Origin: Perkinsus chesapeaki ATCC PRA-425
Taxonomy: Eukaryota > Protista > Perkinsozoa
Length of the DNA stretch: 64,000 nucleotides
Direction: 5' to 3'
NCBI GenBank assembly: GCA_013115145.1
Contig: JAAPAO010000025.1
Location: 61,687 to 125,686 of the forward strand
Shown here: positions 61,501 to 64,000 of the stretch, in pieces
How positions within the stretch are numbered: the stretch's first letter is position 1
Layout: each line of letters starts with the position of its first letter
The notes under the pieces: generated by a model
What the model saw: the letters and a program-made list of their open reading frames with translations, nothing else
Told to the model about the DNA's origin: nothing
Database searches by the model: none
Made by a program: the position numbers and the translations under genes

Positions 61501-63869
61501 ACCCTTCCCGGGTGTGTGTTAGGCCCTTACTTGAGAGCTTCACTGAGGAGATCTTCCGCATTCGGGCCATCTTTCCATCCAGCAGCCAGCGCAATGCTAC
61601 GAGATTCGACCTTACCGAATAATGCAATAACTCAATATGATGCCAGCGGAATAAAACCATACTGTAGTACAGTATGGTTTTGTTTCGTACAGTAACTGCA
61701 CGACCTTGGAAGTATAATACAGGAGGAATATGCTGGTTCCAGTTCGAGTATCGGAGCAAGGGCTGGATACTGACTAGCATCCCCTCTGAAATTTTCCTAG
61801 GAATTCAATAGAGCTAGGTAAACGCAAAGCATGAAGAACTTGGGGCACAACAAAGTCTGAAACATTCTGGATATGAATCATATCATTAAGGATTATGATA
61901 GCTGGCACATGTGACATGGGTAGTATGATGCGCACTTCCACATGTAGCCTGTTATACGAGTCACAGACGTCATGGCGCATCTGACAGGAGCGCTTCATGG
62001 ACGGAATCCACTGCTATGAGCATGTAGTCGTTTTATGACAGAATTCTCGAAAGCCTTCCGTGTTAGCCCATGCTAATCAATCTACTAGCACGCTAAAAAT
62101 TAACAATGTTTACCAGTCACTTCACTGTCCGCTACATTGTAATCGTAAAAAAACTTAATCTCAGCAGCAGTAAAGATGAACCGGCAGCAACACCCAGAAA
62201 AACCCGTCGGGCCCGTCCAAGGTTGAACGGTATTCGTCTGTCCACTGGACAGACGGACTCTTTCAGTGACAGTCTGTGGCTATTTGAAGTACTCTACTTG
62301 CAAGTTCCCGACCGAAATCCGCATAGGGACCCTATGCGACTGTGGATCCTAACAGACTATGATAGGGCACGGGAGTTCAACTGGGTTGGGCGGAAATTCC
62401 ACCGTGGGATGAATACTCCACTGTGGAGTACTCCGGTGTGACAATGACCTTGATTCCTCGAGAACTTGAGTCGGAAGTTACGGTGCGCCTCGGCAGCCGT
62501 GGGCCCGATCCAGGTAGCAGAGACTCACACGGCGTGTGGCGTAGCCACAGGCTATTGCGGTCCTGCACTGCAAATCGTAAAGGGAGGGTAATTCTGCTAT
62601 TTGGGAGGCGGATAAATTGTCTCCAGAATAAGCTGGGACCTTCGAGTCGAGGGGAGGCCGCTGCGGAGAGAAAAGCGCCAGATCAGGCTCTGCCCCTCGT
62701 CTGACTCAGGCCTAGGTTGAGCACAATCATCATATGACCGTAGGCCAAAACAAATACTTCACACTAGTCTTTCGCATTCCGCCTTGGACTTATAATTGGA
62801 GACGAATAGGAATTTGGAAGATTTTCAAGACGTCCGCGATGAGCCTTTGCCTTCGAGCTAACCTCTTTCTTGCTCCACTGAGGGCCAGACATTGCTCCAT
62901 CACTAACGGCTGTCTGCAGGCTTTCCGTCATGATAAAAAAACTGTGCAAACCCGAAGCCGCAATGCTGCCTCAACTCGACCTCTTCGTATTCAATAACGT
63001 CATCACTCGGCATGTACTCGTGTTTATTTCTTATTCTTTTTCTGCTTCTTGGCATCCGCAGCGACCGCCTTAGCTTCGGCCTCTCTTTGCATGCGAGCCG
63101 CTACTTCATCGTGGAGACCCCTGCCCAGAGAAAAAGAAAATCAATAGATCGGGACCTCGAAGATAAGAACAATCGCTACTGAGCTAGATTGGACCTGTTT
63201 CTGGAAAGGAAAATAAGGATGGTGGCGAAATACTAACTACGTTGAAATGGAAAGCAGCAATAAAACCAGGACGAGTGGAAGCCTGCTTATCCTACTTATG
63301 CTCCTCCATCCATTGTTCGTATCGTGAGCATGCCTCCTCGAACTCCGCAAGTAACCTCTTATCGACCTCAGGATACTCCACAAGATGCCTCACACTGGTG
63401 AAGTAACCTGTCAATGTACAGTTCACTAGAAGAACGGATGAAAGCCAACCTAGTACTCGGCTTTGGTGCCATAGGGTTCGGGGTTTCCACCGCTTCGACC
63501 TGAGAATAATAAATGCAGGTCTCCAATCAACAGCATCTCAATGCCACACTCAGCAGTGTATAACAGGCTTAAAGACTTTGAATTAAAGCTCGTCATCAAC
63601 TGCAATGGCGAGGTAACTCAGTTTTCGAATGTCTATGGGTTTACCCTACCTGTCTGTGAGCACACTGGGGTACTGTAATTTCCGGCACCGGTAGCGTCCG
63701 AATGCTGCTGGTGCAGTCCGTGTTTATTAGATAATGGCTTGTGCCTGTTGATGCAGCGGTATTCAAAAGTGTGGCTCAGACCGCTGGAGGTTGATGGTTA
63801 TGCAACCTTACATCCCTCCATAGGAGCCTGCATCTCAACACTTTCCTTCTCGACTCTCGTGCTCGCCAT
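58561..63869 (-). CDS. Multi-exon ciliary-type protein with a C-terminal ASH/Ig-like domain resembling the SPAG17/PF6 C-terminus (may be more than one gene)
   Basis: VSPVRLAFGSVRQHGIYRMVVKVRNLDADVTR|LKLRV...YRPGPLPPGLAMYVGVEIIARE...LPVVA. Charged helical exons upstream. ATG at 63869. Confidence 0.55.
59501..59578 (-). other. 78-nt intron that is essentially a degenerate tRNA
   Basis: GTCCGCGGATCAGTTGGTTAG...GAAGTCGTTGGTTCGATTCCCAGTAACGGTTTTACAG. Flanking frames are open. Confidence 0.7.
60035..60107 (+). tRNA. trnR: tRNA-Arg(TCG)
   Basis: GGTCTCG...TTGGTCTTCGAAACCAA...GTGGGTTCGAGTCCCACCGAGATCG cloverleaf. Confidence 0.95.
60813..60892 (-). tRNA. trnL: tRNA-Leu(AAG)
   Basis: GACAGTTTGGCCGAGTGGTCTAAGGCGCTGGCTTAAGGCGCCAGTCCGAAAGGGCGTGGGTTCGAACCCCACAGCTGTCA, with a long variable arm. 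Confidence 0.95.
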
Positions 63870-64000
63870 GGCCTCTGCAGCTTCAGCTGACGGTAGAATT
63901 TCCTGAGGTCAAGCACCCTTAAACACCTTTAGTTTTACGTCATCAACCAACTCTCTCTCACGAAGGCGGATGGGGCAGCGCAGTGCACCCAAGCGAGCGG

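Overview
Eukaryotic, intron-dense genomic DNA. By inference it comes from a Perkinsus-like alveolate, based on short GT-AG introns, ciliary genes, intronless TIR-transmembrane and secreted families, and degenerate Ty3/gypsy debris. Positions 1-20 kb hold retroelement remnants, one intact TIR-like membrane protein gene and a disrupted GCC2/GCC3-repeat membrane receptor gene. Positions 20-43 kb hold a run of multi-exon genes: coiled-coil proteins, a Methyltransf_16-type methyltransferase, an ADP-ribosylglycohydrolase, axonemal dynein intermediate chain DNAI2/IC69 and a Tudor plus USP-like gene. Positions 43-53 kb form an intronless cassette of secreted protein, TIR-TM gene, TIR-TM pseudogene and a paralogous secreted protein. 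Positions 53-64 kb hold minus-strand multi-exon genes, including a SPAG17-C-terminus-like ciliary protein. The most striking observation concerns tRNA. All four intact tRNA genes (Pro-CGG, Trp-CCA, Arg-TCG, Leu-AAG) appear to lie inside short predicted spliceosomal introns. About 13 further sites in short introns carry decayed tRNA sequence (A-box/B-box, T-arm) in either orientation, and in several the donor GT coincides with the tRNA D-loop or B-box. This suggests a tRNA-derived intron or pol III-box system. Introns at about 19-39 kb also show ~11-bp phased A/T tracts, and a GGCGGAGCGAAGCG motif recurs in introns at 35-39 kb and 58.9 kb. Exon-intron structures were inferred by eye; outer boundaries of multi-exon genes are approximate.
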